Shown: positions 53,524-61,505, numbered from the stretch's first letter. The stretch: 64,000 nucleotides of DNA from Escherichia coli (GCF_044324875.1 NZ_CP172185.1); one strand, 5' to 3'. Notes: generated from the letters alone by a model not told the origin. Made by a program: numbers and translations.

Positions 53524-54440
53524 TACTGCATGCCCTCCGGTCGGTTGATTTCAGGCTCCGGTTCGGTCAGCCATGCGGGGACATCGTTACCCGATGGTGC
53601 GGCATCAAGGTCGAACGTCTCACGCAATGCATGAACACTGCGTTCAATCTGGCAGACCAGACCGGCCATGAAATCTCTGGGGGTATCAATCATGTTTTTA
53701 CTGCAGTATTCACACAGGGTTTCAAAGGCACCGGAGAGCCGGACGGCGATGGCAGATTCCGCCTCAACCGCTAATGCGGTCACTTCCGCCCGCAGCTTCT
53801 TCACCTCTTCATCAGGCTCAGGCGGTTGAATACGGGATTTCTTCTCCAGTTTTGTGGCCAGTTCGTTGATTTTTTCGTCCTTTCCGGCAAGCACCTGTTG
53901 CTGAGCTGCGTTAGTTTCGCGCGCTTCACGCAGGGCCTGGCGAAGTTCACGTACTGACATGCGATCAACATCATCAAGCGTCAGGCCGGCAACTGTGCCG
54001 CCGTCGGCCAGTTCGGCAAGGTCTTCATCGTCTTCAGCAACAAGTTCAAATAATTTTGCCTTACCCAAAAGCGACAACGTTGTCGCTTTTGGCTCTAGTT
54101 TTGGTGAAAGGTATTTCAAAGATGCTTTCATCATTCGTTGTGCTGCGCGCACGTGCAAACCAAGTTGTTCTTCTACAATTCCAACAAAGTCCCCGTGTGG
54201 CTCATTTTCTTTTAAGATGATCAGCCGTTTACCCGCTTCCAGCATAGATTCAGCACTCTGCGCCATATAAAAACGTGCTTCGTGAACGATGCGATCACGT
54301 TCATAAGGCAGTCCATCACCAAACTGCTGCATGATCTCCATGCGATGCTGTGTCATGGCATTCAGGCTGACGTTGAGATCATCCGACAGCGGTACCTCGG
54401 CGTTCAGTTCAGTGTTAACCGGTGATTTGGTGCGTCCCAT
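53523..54440 (-). CDS. coiled-coil early protein (possibly DUF3102-like)
   Basis: 305-aa ORF preceded by AAGGAG. It has a central acidic segment and a long predicted coiled coil (RELRQALREARETNAAQQQVLAGKDEKINELATKLEKK). The family assignment is from memory only. Confidence 0.5.
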   Translation of the reverse strand: MGRTKSPVNTELNAEVPLSDDLNVSLNAMTQHRMEIMQQFGDGLPYERDRIVHEARFYMAQSAESMLEAGKRLIILKENEPHGDFVGIVEEQLGLHVRAAQRMMKASLKYLSPKLEPKATTLSLLGKAKLFELVAEDDEDLAELADGGTVAGLTLDDVDRMSVRELRQALREARETNAAQQQVLAGKDEKINELATKLEKKSRIQPPEPDEEVKKLRAEVTALAVEAESAIAVRLSGAFETLCEYCSKNMIDTPRDFMAGLVCQIERSVHALRETFDLDAAPSGNDVPAWLTEPEPEINRPEGMQ

Positions 54441-54450
54441 TGATTACTCC

Positions 54451-54765
54451 TTACAAACGACTACCTGAAATGACACGTTGGTTGATTTCGTTAATGCGAT
54501 CCTGTGCACGTGCCATCTCGTTACTGTGGGCCATGGCGATCTGCAGCAACTGGATGCCCGGTGCGAAACGCCCGTTTTCCAGTTTCAGGGCCAGTCCTTC
54601 TTCAATGAGGGTGTTGAGTGCCCGGTTGATGTTTGCCGGTGACTCGTGCAGTGCTGCCGCCAGTTCACCATTGGAAATACCGTTCAGGGCATGACCGCGC
54701 AGCGCTTTGAGTACCCGGAGGATGCGACTGCCGGAGCTTGAAACATTCGTCTTACTCATCTGCAT
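54451..54765 (-). CDS. winged-helix DNA-binding protein (IclR-N-like)
   Basis: 104 aa. The segment RILRVLKALRGHALNGISNGELAAALHESPANINRALNTLIEEGL resembles an IclR-type wHTH. Confidence 0.55.
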   Translation of the reverse strand: MQMSKTNVSSSGSRILRVLKALRGHALNGISNGELAAALHESPANINRALNTLIEEGLALKLENGRFAPGIQLLQIAMAHSNEMARAQDRINEINQRVISGSRL

Positions 54766-54811
54766 ACCTCTTTTGCGATATGTGATAACCTTTTACAAAG
54801 AATCAAAATAT

Positions 54812-55000
54812 TCAGGCTGCCTGAGCTGTTGATTTCAGCCCCAGTTTCACGGCGATTTCATGGGATTTACCGTAACGTGCTTTGCTCTGCCCATTGAGAA
54901 CGCGGTATACCTCATTGCGGTTGTAGCCGTTTTCTTCTGCCCAGCGGGTGAAAGTGATCCCGCGCTGGCGGAAGAGAGCTTTGACTTGTTCTGCAGTCAT
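54812..55000 (-). CDS. small HTH protein, first gene of the early operon (Ner/Cro functional analogue, BcepMu gp16-like)
   Basis: 62 aa, preceded by AAGGAG and divergent from the repressor gene. The HTH-like segment is FTRWAEENGYNRNEVYRVLNG. Confidence 0.6.
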   Translation of the reverse strand: MTAEQVKALFRQRGITFTRWAEENGYNRNEVYRVLNGQSKARYGKSHEIAVKLGLKSTAQAA

Positions 55001-55100
55001 CGTTGTCTCCTTTGTTGATGCAATGATGTTTGCCTTATGTGTGATAGATTATGGTGCAGATTATCTCACCAGTCAACTTAAAGAGTGCAGAAAAACTCAC
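55001..55100. promoter_or_regulatory. divergent immunity/early promoter-operator region
   Basis: 100-bp spacer between the Ner-like gene and the repressor gene. It contains GTGAT-AGATTAT-GGTGC-AGATTAT-CTCAC, with the 7-bp direct repeats at 55046 and 55058 and outer GTGA/TCAC inverted arms. Confidence 0.55.
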
Positions 55101-55439
55101 ATGATCGGGTTACGTATTAAAGAAGAAAGAGAGCGTCTATCTCTTACACAGCAAGGGTTGGCTGATGCTATCGGTGTGGCAAAGAGAACTTTTATTGATT
55201 GGGAAAAAGATCGCACTTCTCCTACTGCAGTGCAGTTATCTGCACTATCAGAAATCGGTGTAGATGTTTTGTATGTAGTTACTGGGGTGCGGAGTCAGCC
55301 TGTTGTTGCACCTTATATGTCACAAGAAAAGAAAGAGTTAATGGATGCATTCGACGAGATGAGCCCCGAACAACGGAGGGCAATTCTTGAGGTCGGCAAA
55401 GTCTTCATTCAACCCAAACCAAGCAAACTCGCAGGCTGA
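55101..55439 (+). CDS. XRE-family prophage repressor (no peptidase domain)
   Basis: ORF 54948..55439 trimmed to the ATG at 55101, giving 112 aa. The HTH_3 motif is LRIKEERERLSLTQQGLADAIGVAKRTFIDWEKDRTSP. Confidence 0.8.
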   Translation: MIGLRIKEERERLSLTQQGLADAIGVAKRTFIDWEKDRTSPTAVQLSALSEIGVDVLYVVTGVRSQPVVAPYMSQEKKELMDAFDEMSPEQRRAILEVGKVFIQPKPSKLAG

Positions 55440-55524
55440 TTCTGACCTGGACAGAAAGGACAGGTGGTTGATCTGGATGCTTTCAGAAAACGCCGTCAGT
55501 AGCATGGCAGAAATCGGCGGGCTT

Positions 55525-55549
55525 ACCGGAAAGCACTGTACTTTCCGGT
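55525..55549. terminator. hairpin between the convergent repressor and dam genes
   Basis: Stem ACCGGAAAG / CTTTCCGGT with a 7-nt loop. The flanking T runs are weak. Confidence 0.4.
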
Positions 55550-55557
55550 TATGGCTT

Positions 55558-56322
55558 TTAGAAATTGCAGATCACCAGCTCACGGCGTGGAGTTGATTTG
55601 CCTGCCAGACTGTAGTTGATGTTCACTGTCTGTATGTTCAGTCCAGTGAACACCTCGCGCATCTGCGGGATGTCGTTCACCGAAATTATCATCTTTCCTC
55701 TGATGCACCGGGCCAGCTCTGCCAGCCGCGAGTAGTTCCCTTCAGGAAAATCCACACCATAGCCTTCTGTACCCAGATACGGCGGGTCACAGTAGAACAG
55801 CGTGTGCGGACGGTCATAGCGCTCAATGCACTGTTGCCAGTCCATGTGTTCTATCACCGTTCTGGAAAGCCGCAGGTGTGCCGCTGACAGTTCTTCCTCG
55901 ATACGCAGCAGGTTGAAGCGTGGCGGGGATGTGGTGGAGGTGCCGAAGCTGTGCTCTGCCACCTTGCCGCCAAACGCCTGCTTCTGGAGGTAGTAGAACC
56001 GTGCTGCACGCTGGATATCCGTCAGTGTTTCTGTCGGGGTGATCTGCAGCCATTTGTAGATCTGCCGGCTGACCAGCGCCCATTTGAACTGGCGGACAAA
56101 TTCTTCCAGATGATGTTTTACCACCCGATACAGATTTACCAGTTCACCATTGATATCGTTAATGACTTCGAGCTTACCAGGTGTCTTAAGAAAATAGAGC
56201 GCTGCTGCGCCGCAGAACGGCTCCACGTAACATTCATGCGCCGGAAACAGCGGCAGGATGTGTTTTGCCAGGCGACGTTTGCCACCAATCCATGGAACGA
56301 TGGGTAATGTCTGCATTTTCAT
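55558..56322 (-). CDS. dam: Dam-type N6-adenine DNA methyltransferase (D12 class), orphan
   Basis: 254 aa with the AdoMet motif EPFCGAAALYF and the catalytic DPPY motif (FYCDPPYLG). No adjacent nuclease gene was recognised. Confidence 0.9.
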   Translation of the reverse strand: MKMQTLPIVPWIGGKRRLAKHILPLFPAHECYVEPFCGAAALYFLKTPGKLEVINDINGELVNLYRVVKHHLEEFVRQFKWALVSRQIYKWLQITPTETLTDIQRAARFYYLQKQAFGGKVAEHSFGTSTTSPPRFNLLRIEEELSAAHLRLSRTVIEHMDWQQCIERYDRPHTLFYCDPPYLGTEGYGVDFPEGNYSRLAELARCIRGKMIISVNDIPQMREVFTGLNIQTVNINYSLAGKSTPRRELVICNF

Positions 56323-56514
56323 AATCTGTAAGCCTTTTACAATTATTAAAAATATGGCAGGCTAGTCTGGTCTCGCGAGACTGACTGAACCCCGGTCGGC
56401 TCACAGCGCATTCCTGTGGGACGATGGCCAGCCCGGTGGGTCCGAAGCACCGGGCTGGTCGTTCTTTCATGATGCGGCAGGGATGAAGTGATTTCTGTTA
56501 ATGTGGTTTAGGGA
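56323..56514 (-). other. structured GC-rich spacer upstream of dam (possible regulatory RNA/leader or protein-binding dyads)
   Basis: A perfect 12-bp palindrome GTCTCGCGAGAC lies at 56370-56381, with AGTC/GACT extensions. A perfect 11-bp stem CCAGCCCGGTG / CACCGGGCTGG lies at 56428-56458; its loop contains CUUCGG on the minus strand. There is no convincing ORF. Confidence 0.3.
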
Positions 56515-56730
56515 TTATCCGGGGCGATTTTCTGACCTTATCTGGTCCAGGGCATAAGTGATCCCTTCTGCAAAAACAGAAGTATCAAACTGCTTTTGTA
56601 TTTCCTGAAAATGAACAGTGGCACGACAGACACTCAGTTCTCCGCGATGTAACCGGATAATATCTTCCAGAACATTGTTCACTGCTTCGGCACGGCGCTG
56701 ATGTTCTGTTAACGTTAATCGGGGATTCAT
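56515..56730 (-). CDS. hypothetical 71-aa protein
   Basis: ORF preceded by AAGGAG (plus strand CTCCTT at 56738-56743). No motif was recognised. Confidence 0.5.
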   Translation of the reverse strand: MNPRLTLTEHQRRAEAVNNVLEDIIRLHRGELSVCRATVHFQEIQKQFDTSVFAEGITYALDQIRSENRPG

Positions 56731-57107
56731 GATGCACTCCTTAAATGATGATTTTTATGTACTCACCGGCAAAATATTCTGCCGATTACTGAACACGCAT
56801 CCGGCTCCTCAGGTTTTGATTTATTCTGGTTTTTTCGATATCCCGGACCAGGTTGATCACGACAGAAAAAGTGCCGGTATTTTATTGATACGCTGATATG
56901 GCTTCGGGATAACAGCTATATTCGTTACTCTCAGTTGCTGGCTGTGGGAGCGGCTGATGTCGTCCTCACGGAAAAAACGCTCTGTCTGCTCAATGCCATG
57001 CCGACCTTTCTGCAGCCCCGGCCCGTACCATTTAAAGAGTCACTTCTGGATGCAGTAAAAACCGGTGAAAATGCAGTCATCGCTGAATGCGTATCCCGGA
57101 TTATGCG

Positions 57108-57656
57108 TTACGTGTTTAATGAACGTAAGTGAGGTTTATCCGCTGTCTGCATAATCCCGATAGCCAGTGCGAGGGGAAGCAATTCCGGGGAAACTCTTTC
57201 AAACAGCGATTCCCATTCTCCTCTCGCCATCACTCTGTCCAGCCCGCCCTCCAGCTGCATTTCAGCAATCTTCCTGATTTCCCGGAACAACGCCGCTTTG
57301 ATCTCTTCATGCTCAGCTTTATTTTCCGGTGTCAGAATGTATTCGTCGAAGAACCGGGGAGGCTGGTTAACGGGGGGCATGTTCACCGGGATGTGTTCCT
57401 GTATCCCGTACTCCGGGGCTGAAAAACATTTTGTTGTCTGACCGGTGAGTTTGCGTAACACCTTCATGAGTTGCTCCTGAAGCAGCTCATTCGTCCGACA
57501 GATACGCTCGTCGTCCACAACTGCGGCATCGACAATGACGCTTTTTCCAAATTCCTTTTTCACCATCTCTTTTATACGCGTCAGAACGTAACTTTTACCG
57601 CTGCCTACAGGCCCGGACACTCTGACGGTGATGGTCGGCTTCGGTGTGACTGTCAT
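57108..57656 (-). CDS. hypothetical protein with an N-terminal Walker-A-like motif
   Basis: ORF trimmed to the ATG at 57656, preceded by AAGGAG, giving 182 aa. ITVRVSGPVGSGKSYV fits GxxxxGK[ST], and SVIVD follows only about 20 aa later, which is atypical for a complete P-loop fold. The C-terminal half is helical. Confidence 0.55.
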   Translation of the reverse strand: MTVTPKPTITVRVSGPVGSGKSYVLTRIKEMVKKEFGKSVIVDAAVVDDERICRTNELLQEQLMKVLRKLTGQTTKCFSAPEYGIQEHIPVNMPPVNQPPRFFDEYILTPENKAEHEEIKAALFREIRKIAEMQLEGGLDRVMARGEWESLFERVSPELLPLALAIGIMQTADKPHLRSLNT

Positions 57657-57787
57657 TCTGTATCTCCTTTGTGAGTGATCCAGCGTGTATTCTGCATACC
57701 CCGAACACGCCTCTCTCTTAACGCGCTTTAAAATCCTCCGCGCCACGCTTTTGCCATGCTGTCTCCACACAACAAGGAGACATTTTC

Positions 57788-58138
57788 ATGAAACCATTCA
57801 CTTCCCTTATCGTTGACGTACAAAAAACCCGCCTGCGTGGATGGCTTGTTGCGGCCGTGCTGCTGCTCCTCATCATCGCGCTGGTCTCACCCCAGCAGTT
57901 GCCGGTGGTGGTGTACAAGCTCTCTCTCATCTCCCTCGCCGCCGTGCTCGGCTACTGGCTGGACCGCTCACTCTTCCCGAAGGCCCGTCCGGGGCAGTAC
58001 CTGAAGCATGACGAGCGCCTCATGGCTGAGGGGCGCTGGCCCGTACAGACCGGCCTTCACCTGGTGTTTTCTGCTGCGTTAATCCGCCGTGCACTGATTG
58101 TTGCAGCTGTCTGTCTGGCTGTTGCGATGGGGCTTTAA
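57788..58138 (+). CDS. putative holin (3 TM)
   Basis: 116 aa, preceded by AAGGAGA. It has three hydrophobic segments and sits immediately upstream of the endolysin gene. Confidence 0.6.
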   Translation: MKPFTSLIVDVQKTRLRGWLVAAVLLLLIIALVSPQQLPVVVYKLSLISLAAVLGYWLDRSLFPKARPGQYLKHDERLMAEGRWPVQTGLHLVFSAALIRRALIVAAVCLAVAMGL

Positions 58139-58140
58139 TC

Positions 58141-58875
58141 ATGAACTGGCCACAGAGCACCTGGATTGTATGCATGTCCCTGAAACTGGCTTTCGAAGCC
58201 TTTCTGGTCTTCATCAGAACCGAACGCCTGTCAGTCCGTGTCGGGACCTTTCTGGTTCATATGGCATGGGTATTCTTTGTCGCAATGTTGCTCTGGTGTG
58301 GCGGCTTCTTCAGTCAGGCCCGCGCAGCGCAGCCTCCGCAGGCTGCGCTGCAGTATCGCGATGATGTGATCCGTAATGCCCGGCTTGAATGGGGGCTGTC
58401 TGCGCCGGTGGCCGATTTCGCCGCGCAACTGCATCAGGAAAGCGGCTGGCGGACTGATGCGGTCTCGCCGGTGGGCGCTCAGGGGCTGGCGCAGTTTATG
58501 CCCGCCACCGCTGACTGGATAAGCCAGTTGATGCCGGCGTTGAGCAGTCGTGAGCCGTTTAATCCGGCATGGGCCATCCGGGCGCTGGTCAGCTATGACC
58601 GCTGGCTGTGGCAGCGCATCAGCGCCGCCAGTGACTGCGAGCGTATGGCCATGACACTGTCGGGCTATAACGGTGGTCTGGGTTGGGTACAACGGGACAG
58701 GCGGCTCGCATCACAGAAAGGTCTGGACAGCACCCGCTGGTTCGGACATGTCGCCACGGTGAATGCCGGACGCAATGCTGCCAGCTGGCGGGAGAACCGC
58801 CATTATCCGCAGCGCATCCTGCACGAACTGGCCCCCCGTTATCTGACATGGGGGGGCGGCAGCTGTGTGGACTAA
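58141..58875 (+). CDS. SLT-domain lytic transglycosylase endolysin with an N-terminal hydrophobic anchor or signal
   Basis: The ORF carries the catalytic ES motif (QLHQESGW), GLAQFMPATA and YNGG. Its N-terminus contains MAWVFFVAMLLWCGGFFSQARA. The start codon is ambiguous (58141 or 58261). Confidence 0.8.
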   Translation: MNWPQSTWIVCMSLKLAFEAFLVFIRTERLSVRVGTFLVHMAWVFFVAMLLWCGGFFSQARAAQPPQAALQYRDDVIRNARLEWGLSAPVADFAAQLHQESGWRTDAVSPVGAQGLAQFMPATADWISQLMPALSSREPFNPAWAIRALVSYDRWLWQRISAASDCERMAMTLSGYNGGLGWVQRDRRLASQKGLDSTRWFGHVATVNAGRNAASWRENRHYPQRILHELAPRYLTWGGGSCVD

Positions 58876-59167
58876 CCTGCTAAAAAATCTGCCGTGGCGC
58901 AGTCTGCTGCTGGCAGTGCTCATAAATGCTTTTCTGATTGGACTTTATTACCTGGGCTACAAAAGTGCAAAATGGCATCTGAATCGATCGCAGTTTGGCA
59001 TTCGAATCGATCATGATTTGGCATCCATCTCCGATCACAGTTTGGCATCACAATCGATCACGATTTGGCATGCTTCCGATCATTGATTGGCATCCTGCCA
59101 GTCACTCCGGGAATTAACTCTTTTCACCACAGTCTCCATTGCCGTGTTTAAACCAGTGGAGACGTCA

Positions 59168-60733
59168 ATGTCCAGAAAGAGAAAATCCAGGAGCACTATG
59201 GAAACCTGTTTTAAGATCCTTCAGCTCAAGTTCGACAAGAAGCTGACTAACCGTTGTATCGGACTGACGTTACACATCAGCGCCTCAACCGTTTTTGAGG
59301 TTCTTGCCCGCTTCAAAGCCTCTTCTCTGTCATGGCCATTACCTGCTGATATATCCCATGACACGCTGGAGAAACTCATTTTTCCGCCCAAAGACACCTT
59401 TGCATCAGAGCTTGTAATGCCTGACATGTTGTACTTCGATACGGAAATGAGAAAACCAGGTGTGACGCGGCAACTGTTGTGGATGGAATACAAGGCACAG
59501 GCGGGTAACAAAGCGATGGGATACTCGCACTTCTGCCGTTGCTACCGGGAGTGGAAAAAAACGCGACGTCTCTCCATGCGCCAGGAGCATCGTGCCGGCG
59601 AAAAGCTTTTTATCGACTTCTGTGGTCCTACGGTTCCTGTTATTAATCCGGACACCGGTGAGATACGCCGCGTGGCAATCTTCGTGGCCGTAATGGGGGC
59701 GTCCAACTATACCTACGTTGAAGCGTGCGAAGGTCAGGACATGATGTCATGGTTAAATGCCCACAGCCGTTGCCTGACCTTCCTGGGCGGCGTACCGAAG
59801 CTGCTCATCCCCGATAACCTCAGAAGCGCAGTGAAAAAGGCCGATCGATATGAGCCTGTCATCAACGACAGTTATCAGGCACTGGCTGAGCACTATGGCA
59901 CGGTTATCATCCCGGCCCGACCACGCAAACCTAAAGATAAACCAAAAGCAGAAAACGGCGTCCTCATCGTTGAACGATGGCTTCTTGCCCGCATCCGTAA
60001 TGAAACCTTCCACACGCTCAGGGCGCTGAATGCGCGCCTTAGGGAGTTACTGACAGACATGAATAACCGGCCAATGAAGGGGTACGGCAATCAAACCCGT
60101 GCAGAACGCTTCCGCATACTGGATGCGCCAGCACTCTCTCCGCTGCCTCTGGCACCTTATGAATACACGGAATACAAAGCTGTGAAGGTTGGCCCTGACT
60201 ACCACGTTGAATATGCCCGTCACTGGTACTCCGTTCCACACGAACTGGTCGGTCAGCGTCTGTCACTGAAGGCGGGGCAGTCGGTGGTACAGCTCTGGCA
60301 CAAGGGGCAGTGTGTGGCGCAACATCCGCGCAGCACACATGAATATAAACACACAACCAATCCGCTTCACATGCCAGAGCGCCACCGGCAGCACGGGACA
60401 TGGACACCGGAACGCCTGATCGAGCAGGGAAAACGTACGGGCCCGTCCACAGGCCGGGTGGTTGAATCCATGCTGAAGGCAAAACCCCATCCGGAACTGG
60501 CTTATCGTGCAGTTCTGGGGCTGCTGGCACTTCAGAAAAAATACGGCCCGGAACGGCTGGAAAAGGCCTGTTACGTTGCCCTGCACTATAACGCCCCTGA
60601 CAGACGCTTTATCGACAATCTGCTGCGTCACCATCGGGAGAACCTGGAGCTTCCATTATCCCGCCAGGGCGAACAACATCCGGCATATGCTTCAGAGCAT
60701 GAAAACCTGCGTGGTCCGGGCTACTACCACTGA
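59168..60733 (+). CDS. istA: IS21-family transposase IstA
   Basis: ORF trimmed to the ATG at 59168, preceded by GGAG, giving 521 aa. It has an N-terminal HTH and a DDE/rve core (LFIDFCG ... LLIPDNLRSAV ... PKAENGV). Confidence 0.88.
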   Translation: MSRKRKSRSTMETCFKILQLKFDKKLTNRCIGLTLHISASTVFEVLARFKASSLSWPLPADISHDTLEKLIFPPKDTFASELVMPDMLYFDTEMRKPGVTRQLLWMEYKAQAGNKAMGYSHFCRCYREWKKTRRLSMRQEHRAGEKLFIDFCGPTVPVINPDTGEIRRVAIFVAVMGASNYTYVEACEGQDMMSWLNAHSRCLTFLGGVPKLLIPDNLRSAVKKADRYEPVINDSYQALAEHYGTVIIPARPRKPKDKPKAENGVLIVERWLLARIRNETFHTLRALNARLRELLTDMNNRPMKGYGNQTRAERFRILDAPALSPLPLAPYEYTEYKAVKVGPDYHVEYARHWYSVPHELVGQRLSLKAGQSVVQLWHKGQCVAQHPRSTHEYKHTTNPLHMPERHRQHGTWTPERLIEQGKRTGPSTGRVVESMLKAKPHPELAYRAVLGLLALQKKYGPERLEKACYVALHYNAPDRRFIDNLLRHHRENLELPLSRQGEQHPAYASEHENLRGPGYYH

Positions 60734-60749
60734 CAGAAGGAACAACAGT

Positions 60750-61505
60750 ATGAGTGATAACCTGTTAAACAAACTGACCCAACTGAAACTCCCGGCGATG
60801 GCCGGGAGCCTGATACGGCAGCGGGAAACGCCTCAGACCTACGACGAACTGTCGTTCGAGGAAAGGCTGACGCTGCTGGTTGATGACGAGCTTCTGAGCA
60901 GGGAAAACAGCCGTGTGGCACGGTTGAGAAAAAATGCCGGCCTGAAATACCAGGCAACACCGGAAGGGCTGCGCTATCCGGCCTCAAGAGGTCTGCGGGC
61001 TGAACAGATGAGAGAACTGCTGAACGGCCACTACATAACCCACAGGAAAAACCTGCTGATAACCGGTCCGACAGGATGTGGCAAGAGCTGGATAGCCAAT
61101 GCGCTGGGCGAACAGGCATGTCGACAGAAACACAGCGTCCGGTACTGTAGAACCGGGCGATTACTGGAACAACTGGCTCAGGGACGTGTTGATGGCAGCT
61201 GGCTGAAATATCTGAAACAGTTGCAAAAAATACAGGTTCTAATCCTGGACGATCTGGGGCTGGAACAGTTAAGTAACGCCCAGTGTAATGACCTTCTGGA
61301 GCTCATAGAGGATCGTTACGGACAAAGCAGCACGATAGTGGTAAGCCAGTTCCCGGTAGATAAATGGCATGGTCTGATGGAGAACCCAACAACAGCAGAT
61401 GCCATCCTGGACAGACTGGTACATAACTCACACCGAGTGGTCCTTCAGGGAGAGTCACTGAGGAAAAATCCCCCGGTAGTGGAAAGCAGCGAAAAAACGC
61501 GTTAA
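60750..61505 (+). CDS. istB: IS21-family helper ATPase IstB
   Basis: ATG at 60750, 16 nt after the istA stop, giving 251 aa. Walker A is GPTGCGKSW and Walker B is VLILDDLG. Confidence 0.9.
   Translation: MSDNLLNKLTQLKLPAMAGSLIRQRETPQTYDELSFEERLTLLVDDELLSRENSRVARLRKNAGLKYQATPEGLRYPASRGLRAEQMRELLNGHYITHRKNLLITGPTGCGKSWIANALGEQACRQKHSVRYCRTGRLLEQLAQGRVDGSWLKYLKQLQKIQVLILDDLGLEQLSNAQCNDLLELIEDRYGQSSTIVVSQFPVDKWHGLMENPTTADAILDRLVHNSHRVVLQGESLRKNPPVVESSEKTR

Noticed and set aside
56234-56470. 78-aa minus-strand ORF spanning the dam upstream spacer
   Set aside because: It has no Shine-Dalgarno sequence and overlaps the dam start out of frame by about 90 nt. Its sequence is dominated by the hairpin and palindrome elements. 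I treated the region as structured non-coding instead.
56935-57132. 65-aa plus-strand ORF inside the accessory cassette
   Set aside because: It depends on a TTG start with no RBS. The first in-frame ATG leaves only 44 codons, and it overlaps the 3' end of the convergent 182-aa gene. It is kept only as a remote possibility.
46393-58138. Possibility that the opposite orientation of the early and late modules reflects a recent inversion or a chimeric or scrambled prophage
   Set aside because: The early operon ends with a proper terminator next to a terminus carrying reiterated end motifs, and the modules are individually intact. The layout matches my recollection of BcepMu-type phages. It is retained as a finding to be checked rather than called a rearrangement.
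58966-59100. Regularly spaced short repeats, considered as a possible CRISPR-like array (also the rsxC repeats)
   Set aside because: The repeats are 7-9 bp with spacing of about 20 bp and sit at the terminus of an IS21-family element with inverted partners at the other end. The rsxC repeats are in-frame coding units. Neither has the 28-37-bp repeat and unique-spacer structure, and there are no cas genes.
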